A DNA stretch of 64,000 nucleotides from a virus, in the UHGV virus genome UHGV-0124283, one strand, 5' to 3'. The notes beneath the pieces are model-generated. The model was not told the DNA's origin. It worked only from the letters and a program-made list of their open reading frames with translations, and did no database searches. Of this stretch, positions 29,471 to 39,855 are shown one piece after another. A program made the position numbers and the translations under genes. The first letter of the stretch is position 1, and each line of letters starts with the position of its first letter.

Positions 29471-30052
29471 TTACTGGAACGCCCGAACAATATCGGAGCT
29501 GTTATATATCGAAGAACCGGTCAACTGGAGGTTGACGGTGTTTTTCAGGAAATATCCATTACTGTCCCTTGGCGCATCGAGATCAAAACTTAAGTCCTGG
29601 ATGGCGACATCGGTGATGTTGATCCGGCGACCAATGTTTAGCGTCACGCGCTCCGGGATTCGACCACCAACATTGGCCGCTTTTAGTTCCGGGCTAATCA
29701 TGGCTGTCAACGCGGCGATAGCGCCTGAAACTTCAATGAATGGATTGTTCAAAGCAATGAAAGTTACAGGCAGCGTGAACGTCGGCGGAGTCCCCCCTTC
29801 CCAAACCATTAAGCTATTCCAACGGGCAACCGACGTTGTTTCAGTACCTACTTGCACAAAACCACCCAGAGCACCAGAAACAGATCCCATGGACATACCG
29901 GTAAATGGCGCTTCCCAATTCTGGGCCATGTTCATTGCCGCTCCCTGGCTGATATATCCGGTAACCTGGTACTGAGAGTTCGTTAAAGTAACTTTCAGAT
30001 ATGGCGATACACCGTCAGCCTGGCTGTAAACCCCATAAGCTATAGGAGCCAT
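29471..30052 (-). CDS. hypothetical phage structural protein
   Basis: 193 aa ORF. Confidence 0.4.
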   Translation of the reverse strand: MAPIAYGVYSQADGVSPYLKVTLTNSQYQVTGYISQGAAMNMAQNWEAPFTGMSMGSVSGALGGFVQVGTETTSVARWNSLMVWEGGTPPTFTLPVTFIALNNPFIEVSGAIAALTAMISPELKAANVGGRIPERVTLNIGRRINITDVAIQDLSFDLDAPRDSNGYFLKNTVNLQLTGSSIYNSSDIVRAFQ

Positions 30053-30087
30053 TCAAGTTAAAGGCCGGAGTTCTCCGGCCCCCTCCT

Positions 30088-30903
30088 TTAGCCAAGGCGC
30101 TTACGGCGCAGTTTCATTGACTTTTTGCGGGCAAGTTTTGCCGCGCCGGTCTGGGCTTTTCGACGCGCTTTTTTCAGCGCCGATTTTTGAGCCGCAGTCA
30201 GACGTTTTTTACGCAGGCGTTTACGGATGAGTTTGATCTCACCGTTACGAACAACCTTCTTAAATGCTTCAGTCAGCATTTCATCAGAAGTGCCAGCAAC
30301 AACAAACGCCGCTTCCAGTTCGTCACGGTCGTCGCTATCTAAACCAGCGATAGAGGCACCAACATCAGCAGCAGCGTCGTCGTCTTCATCGTCAGCCAGT
30401 GCTTCGATCAGGTCATCATCTACACCGCATGCTGCGAGGAAGTCAGCAACATTTGCCCATGCTTCGTTATAGGCATCGTCCTGTTCTTCTGTAACTTCGG
30501 AGTCGTCGTCATCAGAGATACCAGCGATAGCCTGAACGAAACCATCAAGGGAGTCGAAAGTCAGATCACCGCTATCAGCCCAGGAGAAAACGGCGTCGGC
30601 CGCATCACTCAACGCATTCTGCATAGCACTTCGATTTGCAGCTTCCAGAATCATCTGGTGCGCCTGTTCGACGGTCCATTCTTTACCGTCTTTCCCTTCC
30701 AGGATTTGCTCTGGAGCCGGGGCAGATGGAACGTTATCGTTAGTCTGTGCCGCCGGTTCCGGATTATTATTAATAACCGGATCTGTTGGCGGTTCGGCGC
30801 TTGCTCGGGCAGACTCCATCAGCTGCACAGGATCAGAGTTCAAAGCGAAACGGGACAGTCCATTCCCCAAAAATGCCCCGGATTGAAAAAAGTTTTTGCT
30901 CAT
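30088..30903 (-). CDS. acidic phage protein with poly-basic C-terminal tail
   Basis: 271 aa; Asp/Glu-rich core (DDEDDDAAAD) then RKRLRKKRLTAAQKSALKKARRK... Confidence 0.4.
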   Translation of the reverse strand: MSKNFFQSGAFLGNGLSRFALNSDPVQLMESARASAEPPTDPVINNNPEPAAQTNDNVPSAPAPEQILEGKDGKEWTVEQAHQMILEAANRSAMQNALSDAADAVFSWADSGDLTFDSLDGFVQAIAGISDDDDSEVTEEQDDAYNEAWANVADFLAACGVDDDLIEALADDEDDDAAADVGASIAGLDSDDRDELEAAFVVAGTSDEMLTEAFKKVVRNGEIKLIRKRLRKKRLTAAQKSALKKARRKAQTGAAKLARKKSMKLRRKRLG

Positions 30904-30912
30904 TGTATTCCC

Positions 30913-32502
30913 TTACTTAATAAGCAGCGGTACGCCCTGGATACGACGGGCTACGCCAGTCGGGCAGCAGGCCCAGACTACTTCCCATTTATCGAATTCC
31001 GCCTGCGTAACTTTCAGCACATACGGTTCTGTACCGTCAGCATCAGGATCACGAGGAGCCACCAGAGCGCCGGAGGCGACAAAGCGATCTAAAAGTTTGG
31101 TCATCCCTTTAGTCAGGCCAGCCGCAGTAATACCGTCCGGGCTATGCTTCATCTGTCGGGCTAACTGGACAAAGAAACGGCTGATTGCATTCATCAGGGA
31201 TGGGACGTGCTGGAAGTGCAGATAGTTATCCTGCGTGCAGCAAGTTAAAGCATCGTCGATGATCATCTGGCCAGAGGTGCCAACAGATACTTTATTGAGA
31301 CGGCCCTTGACCATTGCTTCTTCGTCCGGGGTATCTTCCGGATACAGCGGTTGAATTGACGCACGAGCAATGACGGCACGTTCTTCACCAGCCGGTGAGT
31401 AATGCCAACCGCCGACATCAGAGTTTTTCTTGACGCCACGAGCTTTCGCCGCATACGCCGCGCCAGACAGACCGAAGACCACACGGGATTGGGTCCATTT
31501 GTCTTTGCAGGAGAACGGGAAGTGATAGACAGCACAGCTTACATAATCGGTACCAAGTAAACCGGTATCTTCAACAGCAGAGAGCGCTTCCGTATACGTC
31601 AATGTCGGTTTGACATCAAAGAAGCCATCAATCAGGCGATCAGAACAGATATTACCTAACGCGGTGATCGCCGCATTGTCATAGCAACCCAGGCCGAGAA
31701 CAGCGGTGTACATGTACGGCGCATTATTCAGCACTTTAACCGCACGCAGGTACGCAGCGGTTGAGATTTTCGACTGATCGCCGTTGGTACCGCCAGTGAA
31801 CGCCAACGATTTTTTGTTTGTTACTTTCGCTGTCGAAATCAGCTCTTCATTAACAACCGCGCGCAGATATTTAGAACGGGCTTCCAGAGCCGTAGGCAGA
31901 TAACACAAGCGGCCCATGTCATCTTTCGCTTCTTCCGCCAAAGACACAGTGTGTGTCTCCAGGGTCGTTACCACGCCGAGCGAAGTCGTCTGGGTCAGTT
32001 TTAAGAGGAAGCGTTCATTACCCGCGCTGTCCGCTGTTGCCGTTTCGATGGTTAACTCACGGGTAGGTGAAATACACGGATCACCATCATCAACGTAGAT
32101 AGCAAAGGCTTCGCCACTATCAAGTTCAATTTCAGAACCGTATGGCAACGCACTGTAAGCCGGTTCGCCTGATTCATCGAACATAATAATCGGGAACTTC
32201 GCATCATCCGGAACAGCGCGAACAACATAACCAGACGTTTGCTGAATAGCTTCGTATACATGGCGAATTGGTTCGAACTGTGAGCCGGAAGACGGCTTCA
32301 GCGGTTCGCCGAGAACATCTTCGTAATTGGACTCAGTAACCGCAAGAACAGTAAACGGCTTGCCACGCGCAAATACGCCAATACCAGCCCATAAGCTGCT
32401 ATTTAATGCAACACCGGTAGATAACGTCGCATCGGCATTGATCGGGCTAACCGCGACGCCGGATGCATTACCTAATGACTGTTGAATTGAATATTGAGAC
32501 AT
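30913..32502 (-). CDS. putative tail sheath protein (P1 gene 22 position)
   Basis: 529 aa ORF adjacent to head-region gene; assignment by size and synteny only. Confidence 0.45.
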   Translation of the reverse strand: MSQYSIQQSLGNASGVAVSPINADATLSTGVALNSSLWAGIGVFARGKPFTVLAVTESNYEDVLGEPLKPSSGSQFEPIRHVYEAIQQTSGYVVRAVPDDAKFPIIMFDESGEPAYSALPYGSEIELDSGEAFAIYVDDGDPCISPTRELTIETATADSAGNERFLLKLTQTTSLGVVTTLETHTVSLAEEAKDDMGRLCYLPTALEARSKYLRAVVNEELISTAKVTNKKSLAFTGGTNGDQSKISTAAYLRAVKVLNNAPYMYTAVLGLGCYDNAAITALGNICSDRLIDGFFDVKPTLTYTEALSAVEDTGLLGTDYVSCAVYHFPFSCKDKWTQSRVVFGLSGAAYAAKARGVKKNSDVGGWHYSPAGEERAVIARASIQPLYPEDTPDEEAMVKGRLNKVSVGTSGQMIIDDALTCCTQDNYLHFQHVPSLMNAISRFFVQLARQMKHSPDGITAAGLTKGMTKLLDRFVASGALVAPRDPDADGTEPYVLKVTQAEFDKWEVVWACCPTGVARRIQGVPLLIK

Positions 32503-32562
32503 AACTTTCCCTGTTATGCGCCCCGCACGGGGGCGCTATGTTAAACGGAGAACTTCCCCTGA

Positions 32563-34290
32563 TTACTCAGAGTCACCGGCATCAATCGTGTCGCCGCTAA
32601 TGAAGTTAAGCCCGCCTTTTTTGGCCATTGTCAGCGTTACACGAGTGAAGTAATCAGCGCCGTTGCGTGGGTGCATATCGTTGATAGCCGAACCCCACAG
32701 CGTGGTACGGTTGACCAGCGCCGGAGTGGTCGGATGCTGGAACGGGATGGCCGGGACAGCATCACCAGTCACGAAGCCTGCTTTACCCGGATTTTCATCA
32801 CGGACGTAGCACAGCACATCCATCGAGCTGAACTGAATGTTCTCTGTCGTTAAGTTCTTACAAATACCAGCAGGTACTTCGTACACTTTCACGTTACCGA
32901 ACAGGGTACCGATGTAGTGAACATACGGAGTCTGGATATAGTCTTCGGCTGGCTGGAAGAAATCCTTCGGCAACTGTTTGAAGAAAGATGCTGCATCAGC
33001 ACCAGCAAACATCCCCATCGCACCAGAAGATTTAACGCGCTCAATAATGTCGCGATATACAGTCTGGAATTTGCCACGAATGATGGTTGCCCATACATCA
33101 AAGGACTGGTTAACCGGCAGAGCGATGTCAAAGGTGTCGTTCGCAAGAGTACGCCAGATCATGATGCGAAGACGCAGCATATCCTGTTCATGAGACAGGT
33201 ATTCCTTCAGGGTGCGGAACTGTAGGGAACCCAGGTCCAGACCAAATTCACGCTGTGCTTCATACGCCGCCTGTACCGTGTGCTCAGCCGCGATAACGAA
33301 CTGGCTTGGGAACAGGGTGTATTTCTTCATTTCGTGGTTGATCAGCGGGATCAGCTCAGGAGCGGCTTCAATATTGATTTCCGTCTCAATTGCGATCTCA
33401 GTGCCTTTATCCGGCGCTTTGGAGAACGACAGGGCAATCTGACCAATGTTGTAGTTCAGAGAGCAGGTAACAGTGATTTGCTCACCAGCAGCATTAGTAA
33501 ACGAGTGAAGTAGGCTGCCGGAACCGTTATCAACAACAGACTTAATACGGTTAACGTAGATATTAGTGCGACCTTTTCGGATTGGTACATTCTGGCCTTC
33601 GAAGTCTTCCATCTTGAAGGTTGCGGTTTTGCTGGTGCCATCGGAGCTTGCCACCAGCACATAGCGGCGGCGTAACTGGCTGTACACACCGACGGATTGC
33701 ATGTCCAGAACATCACCAGCAGCATAAGAACCAAAAGAGGAACCTGCCACGTTAAAGACTTCATAGATGTCGGACTGGTCACGCGTAACCGGAATGAAGG
33801 TACACGCATCAGCGGTAGCTGCCCCCAACTGAACAGGCAGGATCATCGCGAGGAATAAAGGCAGACGCATAACACCGTCAGAAACGCTCATCATCTCTGC
33901 TGCGACGGATTCCAGCATCGCTTTATTAGTGGCATCCATGCTATTGCGGGTGGACTCAATCAGGCAGTTTTCCAGCGTCTGGTGGCAGGAGGCCAGAATT
34001 TCCGGACGCGGCATAGATTTATGTGCTGCGGCGTAGTCAGCCAGTGCACTTGCCCACGCTGTAGCGATTTGAGCGGTGGCATTATCAGAGATACCCGCAA
34101 AAACCGGGTCTTTACGTGCAGCTTCAAGGATAGATGCGGCACGCGCGGCATCATCTTTAATGAATTGGTTATCAGTACCGAACTGCGCAGTGCTTGCCCA
34201 GCCAAGCACAGCTTTAGAGCGTTTTGCGATATCTGCAATACGATTCTGGTATTCGCGTAAGTTACTCAATTTACTCTTCCTTAAACACAA
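32563..34290 (-). CDS. putative major head-region protein (P1 gene 23 position)
   Basis: 575 aa ORF immediately before parS-parB-parA; TTG start, true start uncertain. Confidence 0.45.
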   Translation of the reverse strand: MCLRKSKLSNLREYQNRIADIAKRSKAVLGWASTAQFGTDNQFIKDDAARAASILEAARKDPVFAGISDNATAQIATAWASALADYAAAHKSMPRPEILASCHQTLENCLIESTRNSMDATNKAMLESVAAEMMSVSDGVMRLPLFLAMILPVQLGAATADACTFIPVTRDQSDIYEVFNVAGSSFGSYAAGDVLDMQSVGVYSQLRRRYVLVASSDGTSKTATFKMEDFEGQNVPIRKGRTNIYVNRIKSVVDNGSGSLLHSFTNAAGEQITVTCSLNYNIGQIALSFSKAPDKGTEIAIETEINIEAAPELIPLINHEMKKYTLFPSQFVIAAEHTVQAAYEAQREFGLDLGSLQFRTLKEYLSHEQDMLRLRIMIWRTLANDTFDIALPVNQSFDVWATIIRGKFQTVYRDIIERVKSSGAMGMFAGADAASFFKQLPKDFFQPAEDYIQTPYVHYIGTLFGNVKVYEVPAGICKNLTTENIQFSSMDVLCYVRDENPGKAGFVTGDAVPAIPFQHPTTPALVNRTTLWGSAINDMHPRNGADYFTRVTLTMAKKGGLNFISGDTIDAGDSE

Positions 34291-34404
34291 GGCACTTGTG
34301 TGAATCCCTTTTCGGAAGAGATTTTATTGAAAGTCACTTGTTGACTTTCTCGTGACAAGCAATTTTTTTATTTTTTTCGGGAGTAGGGGAGGAAGGTAAA
34401 ATCC

Positions 34405-34493
34405 AAGGTGAAATCGTGGCGATTTCACCTTGAAATTTTAGATAGATTTACTTTAAAAACAGTTGGTTAATAGTGAAATTTGAATGGCGAAAG
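34405..34493. promoter_or_regulatory. parS: parS centromere
   Basis: Heptamer ATTTCAC and hexamer TCGCCA boxes (ggtgaaatcgtggcgatttcacc ... tagtgaaatttgaatggcga) around an AT-rich bend, immediately downstream of parB. Confidence 0.6.
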
Positions 34494-34494
34494 T

Positions 34495-35496
34495 TTAAGG
34501 CTTCGGCTTTTTATCGAGGCTCTTTCTAAGGATATGCCCAATCATCCTGTCGAGTTCTTCCTGTAGCTCTTTTGAAAGTCGATTAAACTCATAAGAAAAT
34601 GCACGGCCTTTCACGCGCTTCCTTGCAAAGCGATCCTTGTCCTCAAATTTCCATAATTCAGTAACTACGGATTTATCTTTAGAACCTTTATCCGTGAGTA
34701 GTGAGGCTTCCTTTGTTATCAAGCGCAGGATTTTATTTTTAACTTCATCTTCGGCCATTTCTTCAATGGATAAGATGTCGTTTATTTCCGGGGATATGTT
34801 TTGAATAAGCTGATCAAACTCTAAATTCTTGTTCCCCATTTCGTCGCCAACAGCACAAAGCGTTTTGTAGTCCGAAAAGGTTAATTCCGACTGAACAGGG
34901 AAAAGGGCGACTAATTCTTCCGGAGCACTCGCTGCCTGGAGAGCACGCGTGACCTTCGCCTGAGACAGCCCTTCTTTGGCTGCAATATCCTTCTGACTCA
35001 TCCCATCATTTTTCATTCGCATCAAACGCAGACCTATTTCTCGAATGCTGTGCTGCAATGCTGTCTGAACGTCTTTCGCTAAATTCTGCGCTTCCTGAAC
35101 GCTGATCTCCTGGTCCGTGACTAAAACCCGCAACCCTACGTTCTCTAAGATGGCAGAAGCTCGACGCCGGGAACCATCCAAAATTTCAATTTTCCCTGTA
35201 GCCCGTCTAACACCTATTGCAGGGTAAAATTGCTGATGCTTAATAGTGCTTCGGATACTTTTTAATGATTTTGGCGTAAGAGATGCCTGGTCACGCCCGT
35301 TGTTATGCTGATCAACAAAGGTATCGCTTTCTACCTGGTTCGGAGGTATTACCTCTTCAATAAATGTGGCCTGGCGACCAGTTGATAACTTGAATACCTG
35401 CTCGACTCGATCGCCAGAGGCTGAAGAACTATCAAATCCGCTTAATATTGAAGGATTAAGGGTTCGCCCAATTGTTGGTCTGTTTTTCTTTGACAT
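34495..35496 (-). CDS. parB: partition protein ParB
   Basis: 333 aa; translation MSKKNRPTIGRTLNPSILSGF... recognised as P1 ParB. Confidence 0.85.
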   Translation of the reverse strand: MSKKNRPTIGRTLNPSILSGFDSSSASGDRVEQVFKLSTGRQATFIEEVIPPNQVESDTFVDQHNNGRDQASLTPKSLKSIRSTIKHQQFYPAIGVRRATGKIEILDGSRRRASAILENVGLRVLVTDQEISVQEAQNLAKDVQTALQHSIREIGLRLMRMKNDGMSQKDIAAKEGLSQAKVTRALQAASAPEELVALFPVQSELTFSDYKTLCAVGDEMGNKNLEFDQLIQNISPEINDILSIEEMAEDEVKNKILRLITKEASLLTDKGSKDKSVVTELWKFEDKDRFARKRVKGRAFSYEFNRLSKELQEELDRMIGHILRKSLDKKPKP

Positions 35497-35512
35497 GGGG
35501 GTTTCTTACTCC

Positions 35513-36709
35513 TCAGTTAGATCTGATAAATTCAATACGGTCAAAAACTGCTTTAGCAAAATCTTCCGCGGCAATTCGCGCGTTCTTCAATGCATCAGCA
35601 CTACCAACATACGTTGCCGGGTTAGCTGAAATAACAGTGTCAAAAGACTCGCCGCAGCGTTCAAAACCGTCAAGGCGAGGGAGGACGACATCAAGCATAT
35701 CCCCACCGAACACTTCTTTAGCCAGGCTATGGCAATACTTATGATCTGCCTTGTTACTCAACTTGGACATAAAACCAATGTTAGTCGCAAGCTGGCACTC
35801 GCAGCCTTCATCCGAAATGAGTTTTACCAACTCAGGAAGGCGGGCAACGTATTTAAGCGATGAGTGGAAATCGACAGTTGCTGGCGGCAGAGGTGTAAAC
35901 AGTATATTGGCCGAGGCCAAAGCATTTTTCAGGAAGGCGTCAAGGTGAGGACCACTATCAACGAGGATAAAGTCATAATCGCTCTTCAGCTTATCAATCA
36001 CATTTTCTTTCAGGACAGCATGGATGTTCTGACCCGGTAGATGCTCATTGCACAGCTCTCTCCAATCGGATGCAATAAAGGCATCGTCAATCGACGCAGG
36101 CATAACGTCAACCCCAGGTACAACAGAAGGAACAATAAACTCCTCTAACAGCTCTTCACGGCTTACATTCTGCAACATAGCCTGTGCAGATGTTGCGTTT
36201 ACGATACCAATAGAGTGTTTATGGCTTAAAAACATCGTTGCTGAAGATTGCGGATCAAGGTCAATAACCAGAATCCTTAAATCTTCCATCAGAAGATGAG
36301 GGTGGGCACGCATTGCATGCGCCAGAGAAACCGTCGATACAGTTTTTGACACACCGCCTTTAAGATTGGAGATGAAAATCACATACGCTTCGCTGTAGCG
36401 ATCCCGGTATTTTGGCACTCCGCGATGTTCATATATGTCAATGATGTTCTGAATTGACATCGCATATTTCATTGAAGAGCCAGCAGGGCGTTTATCGAAA
36501 ACATAACCCTTTTCTTCCATTTCACTTACGGCATAGTCAACGTTCGCTCGAGTCAGTAGAGGCAATTTTGCCAGTGCCGCTTTCGCATAGACCTGGTAAA
36601 ACTCGTTCGCGTGTAGCTCATCCTTTTGCAACTGTACTTGTTCAGTCAGAACATTGAGCATTCTGTTTGCTCTTTGAGCAACCTTGTGAAGCTGGCTGGA
36701 ATCACTCAT
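35513..36709 (-). CDS. parA: partition ATPase ParA
   Basis: 398 aa; deviant Walker A KGGVSKT; N-terminal DNA-binding extension. Confidence 0.85.
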   Translation of the reverse strand: MSDSSQLHKVAQRANRMLNVLTEQVQLQKDELHANEFYQVYAKAALAKLPLLTRANVDYAVSEMEEKGYVFDKRPAGSSMKYAMSIQNIIDIYEHRGVPKYRDRYSEAYVIFISNLKGGVSKTVSTVSLAHAMRAHPHLLMEDLRILVIDLDPQSSATMFLSHKHSIGIVNATSAQAMLQNVSREELLEEFIVPSVVPGVDVMPASIDDAFIASDWRELCNEHLPGQNIHAVLKENVIDKLKSDYDFILVDSGPHLDAFLKNALASANILFTPLPPATVDFHSSLKYVARLPELVKLISDEGCECQLATNIGFMSKLSNKADHKYCHSLAKEVFGGDMLDVVLPRLDGFERCGESFDTVISANPATYVGSADALKNARIAAEDFAKAVFDRIEFIRSN

Positions 36710-36844
36710 CGAAAGTCATCCTTTATGCTGTATTTTTGAATTTAATTAAAAATGCTGCATAAAATAATAATGTATGCGTAGATGCTTGTACATAGCATTC
36801 TCTGCATGTTTGGTTCATTTTGCACGATTGAGAGTTACAAGGAG

Positions 36845-36872
36845 GGCACAAAAAAGCCCCGTTCAGGGGCAT
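36845..36872 (-). terminator. rho-independent terminator of the inserted T5orf172-like gene
   Basis: Minus strand gcccc-tgaac-ggggc followed by TTTTTT. Confidence 0.55.
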
Positions 36873-36877
36873 CAGTG

Positions 36878-37687
36878 TTATTTGCTAAGAGCAGCGAATA
36901 ATCGTTCGAAATCGATAGTATCTATAGCACGCGTAAGCGCCGGAAGTTCAGCCTCAAAGTACCCGTGTCGATCGTAAAAGAAGGGACCGAAGAGCGAGGC
37001 ATGTTGGATTCTACTTCGCCCCAGCCCGGACACACAGTTAAGCCCATTACCGGCTAAAAGGCTAAAAAACTTCTCTGGATTATCGTGGTAAAGCTGGGAA
37101 TCAATGGTGGCGGTTAACTCTTCCATAGGGAAGCACACCCGCCCTGTATCCCAGGGATATTTAGTCCGAAGCATAAACATTGCTTTCAGCAATTCACATT
37201 GAGCGCGGATCGCGTCCGGTTCATAGCCAGATATGGAGACATAAGCCACGTCCCTCATTCCTGCGTCATCTTTGAAAGTCACGATAGAAGTAACATCCAG
37301 CTCTTTTTCGAAAGAGCAAGCAGCATCTACTGGACGCTGAAGTAAATCATTCGACTTAATGCGCTCGAGAATCCCTCCCCACATATCATTTAGATATTCG
37401 ATATGAGCCAAAACCTTATCAAGACACTCTCGTGTAAACCATTCAGTATGCCCGCCACCGACGCTTTTCTCCCACGGCGCATTCCAGGGGAAAAAGGTTG
37501 CGTGTAAAGCCCGCTCAAGATTAACCATTACCAAACGCGTACCACGATAGACCCGTGAAAGCGCAAAATCGGGACTCACTTGTAGCCCTTTAAACCGTGC
37601 CAATGGACCACATGAAATGCCGATTTTAAAAGTATCTCCGTTCTCTGGCACCAGAACGTAGAGGTAGTGTTGTTTCTCTTCTTGCAT
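36878..37687 (-). CDS. GIY-YIG/T5orf172-like domain protein with unknown C-terminal domain
   Basis: 269 aa; N-terminal YLYVLVPENGDTFKIGIS...R...HTEWF pattern; sits between incA iterons and parA promoter. Confidence 0.5.
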   Translation of the reverse strand: MQEEKQHYLYVLVPENGDTFKIGISCGPLARFKGLQVSPDFALSRVYRGTRLVMVNLERALHATFFPWNAPWEKSVGGGHTEWFTRECLDKVLAHIEYLNDMWGGILERIKSNDLLQRPVDAACSFEKELDVTSIVTFKDDAGMRDVAYVSISGYEPDAIRAQCELLKAMFMLRTKYPWDTGRVCFPMEELTATIDSQLYHDNPEKFFSLLAGNGLNCVSGLGRSRIQHASLFGPFFYDRHGYFEAELPALTRAIDTIDFERLFAALSK

Positions 37688-37704
37688 ATCAATACCACTG
37701 CTTG

Positions 37705-37975
37705 ATGAGAACCGCGCAAATGTTGACTATGCGCGAAGGTTAATGTGAATAGTTGACTATGCGCGATGTGACTACAGTCAAAAGTTGACTGTAGTCGATT
37801 TAACTCCACCAAAGATCGACTATGTAAGATATTGTCGGGAGAAACGTTGACTATACGCGATGAAATGCCCCTAAAAGCCATCTCAATAGCGACTTGCAGA
37901 ATATTGACGCCAGCAAAAATCCACCAGCGTCAACGAATGTCGCCTATAGTCAACTTCTCGCTATCGCATATAGTC
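37705..37975. repeat. incA-type iteron array downstream of repA
   Basis: About eight copies of tTGACTATgCGCGA-like iterons in both orientations. Confidence 0.65.
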
Positions 37976-37979
37976 AATA

Positions 37980-38864
37980 TTATGGATTGCGCTTATGGAT
38001 CTGGAAGCCGATTTTCCTGCCGTTTTTTATCTCTGAAAATTTAAGATATTCAATAGCTTCCAAATCTTTCATGGCTTTTCTGATAACGCTATTTTGCACG
38101 CTAACGGATGATTTGAGATTAAGCCTCGCTCTAAGGCGCTCAATGCTGACAGGTGCCGGGTTGGCGGGTAGAGCCTCAAAGAATGTATACAGTACCTTGG
38201 CCGTCTCTTTGCGCCCTAGTTTATCCAGCATCTTCAGCTTCAGGATTCGCTTATAGTCAACATAGTAAAGTTCAGATAGCTGTTTCTGCGGCTGGATCTC
38301 GATAACATCAAGCTCGGTATTCAGGCTGCTATATGCCAACAAGTTGACGTTAATGTTATTGAGATGACCTTTTGCCGCCGGGAAGCGGAATTTGACAACT
38401 GTCTGCTGAATGCGTGTCAGAGAGTCATCAATACTTTTACGGAACGCCTTTGAAAGGCGCTTACGTGGATAGCCGCATCGATCGGCAAACTCGGAGAATG
38501 GCAGGGTGATTATGCCGTCATCATCAGGTGCGTAGTCAAACAACGCGGAGGTTATGCCCACCCACACCTTAAAATCAGTATCCATATCCAGGCGTGGACC
38601 ATGAATTTCAATTCCCTCATAGCCTTCCTGCTCAACAATTTTGAGGCTTGATAGTTCTTCAGTTGCGTTCGTTGTGTTTGTTGTAACTGACGATCCGCGA
38701 CGTAGCGCCACATTGGTAGATTTTAAGGTTGGCACAAACACACCTAAGCGCAACAAAGCGATGGGTTGTATAGTGCTGTTGTTATTGGGCTTCAGGCTGT
38801 GGATTTCTCCTGTATTTCCTGCAACTTCTTCAACGCTAAGGAAGCCTTTACTTTCTTCCGGCAT
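37980..38864 (-). CDS. repA: iteron-binding replication initiator RepA
   Basis: ATG 38864 after GGAGAAA RBS; flanked by iteron arrays on both sides. Confidence 0.8.
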   Translation of the reverse strand: MPEESKGFLSVEEVAGNTGEIHSLKPNNNSTIQPIALLRLGVFVPTLKSTNVALRRGSSVTTNTTNATEELSSLKIVEQEGYEGIEIHGPRLDMDTDFKVWVGITSALFDYAPDDDGIITLPFSEFADRCGYPRKRLSKAFRKSIDDSLTRIQQTVVKFRFPAAKGHLNNINVNLLAYSSLNTELDVIEIQPQKQLSELYYVDYKRILKLKMLDKLGRKETAKVLYTFFEALPANPAPVSIERLRARLNLKSSVSVQNSVIRKAMKDLEAIEYLKFSEIKNGRKIGFQIHKRNP

Positions 38865-38944
38865 CACGGTTTCTCCATGTGTGGCGCGGCCTGACGTCAA
38901 TTTGGATGGCTGTTATCAACAGCTGTGAATATTCAGACTCTAAA

Positions 38945-39150
38945 ATCGCTTACAGTCAATGTTTCTGTCGCGTATAGTCAACAATAAATCGCGTGCAGTC
39001 AACAATAAATCGTGCACAGTCAACATAAAATCGCGTATAGTCAATGTTGATCCCATTTCAGGCCAGTAATGACGCGGCTTACAGCGATCCGGGATCTTCT
39101 TTGGATCTTCCTAGGTTCTCTTTAGGATCTGTTTATTGGATCTATGCTGT
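38945..39150. repeat. plasmid origin oriR: five iterons, GATC cluster and DnaA box
   Basis: Five direct repeats TCGCGTATAGTCAACAAT-like (38945-39048), then five or more GATC sites and tgtggataa. Confidence 0.65.
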
Positions 39151-39199
39151 GGATAAGTTGAATAAACCGGCCAACAAAGCCGGTTGGAAGGAAGTCATA

Positions 39200-39592
39200 T
39201 TATTCTACGCTTTCGATAAGAAGACCATGTTCATAACATTTAAGCTCATCGCCTTCGTACAGGAATTGGTATCCAATACCACCATTTTCATGGACATTAG
39301 GGAATAACTCATAACTCACTGAAGAGCAAATCACACCAATGCAACGATCAACGCCTTCTCGTTCTTCAGTGCTGAAAAAATCCTCTTCGGTAAGAACATG
39401 AGTACATTGCTCATCAGCATAGGTCGGAAATACATGCTCGATGCAATCCGGGTGTTTTAAACCAAGCTGATCGGCAAGCTCGAAAGCATGACGGTATTGT
39501 TCAGATCCTGGCTTGCCAACAGTGATGTGCTCAATTTTGTAGATTGAAGTCGCTTTGTTGATAGTTTGCTTTACTGTTACTTTATCAGACAT
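39200..39592 (-). CDS. hypothetical protein
   Basis: 130 aa ORF. Confidence 0.35.
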   Translation of the reverse strand: MSDKVTVKQTINKATSIYKIEHITVGKPGSEQYRHAFELADQLGLKHPDCIEHVFPTYADEQCTHVLTEEDFFSTEEREGVDRCIGVICSSVSYELFPNVHENGGIGYQFLYEGDELKCYEHGLLIESVE

Positions 39593-39603
39593 AAAAATCC
39601 CTT

Positions 39604-39855
39604 TTAGTTACCGCTGATAGCGCGGTTGTAATCATTAACGTTGCGATTCTTCCTGTTAATCCCCATCAGCATCGTTTCTGTATCGAGGATATACGCTGGC
39701 AGATCATCAAAATATTCACTGCTAAACTCTGGCATCCTGCACATAAATGCACTTTTTGGGGCAGGGTGGTTAACCTTTGTCGGCGTCGGCGTTAAATTCG
39801 CTGATCGACTCCCGGAGCAACCGCTGAGTGTCAGCAGGAATACGCTGGCGAACAT
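39604..39855 (-). CDS. o-spanin-like lipoprotein embedded in upstream gene
   Basis: From ATG 39855: MFASVFLLTLSGCSG with lipobox LSGC; Pro-rich mature region; overlaps 3' end of i-spanin out of frame. Confidence 0.5.
   Translation of the reverse strand: MFASVFLLTLSGCSGSRSANLTPTPTKVNHPAPKSAFMCRMPEFSSEYFDDLPAYILDTETMLMGINRKNRNVNDYNRAISGN

Noticed and set aside
37705-39150. Direct-repeat arrays flanking repA considered as a possible CRISPR array
   Set aside because: Repeats are 14-19 bp, in both orientations, with irregular spacing and no cas genes; they are plasmid iterons with an adjacent GATC/DnaA-box origin.
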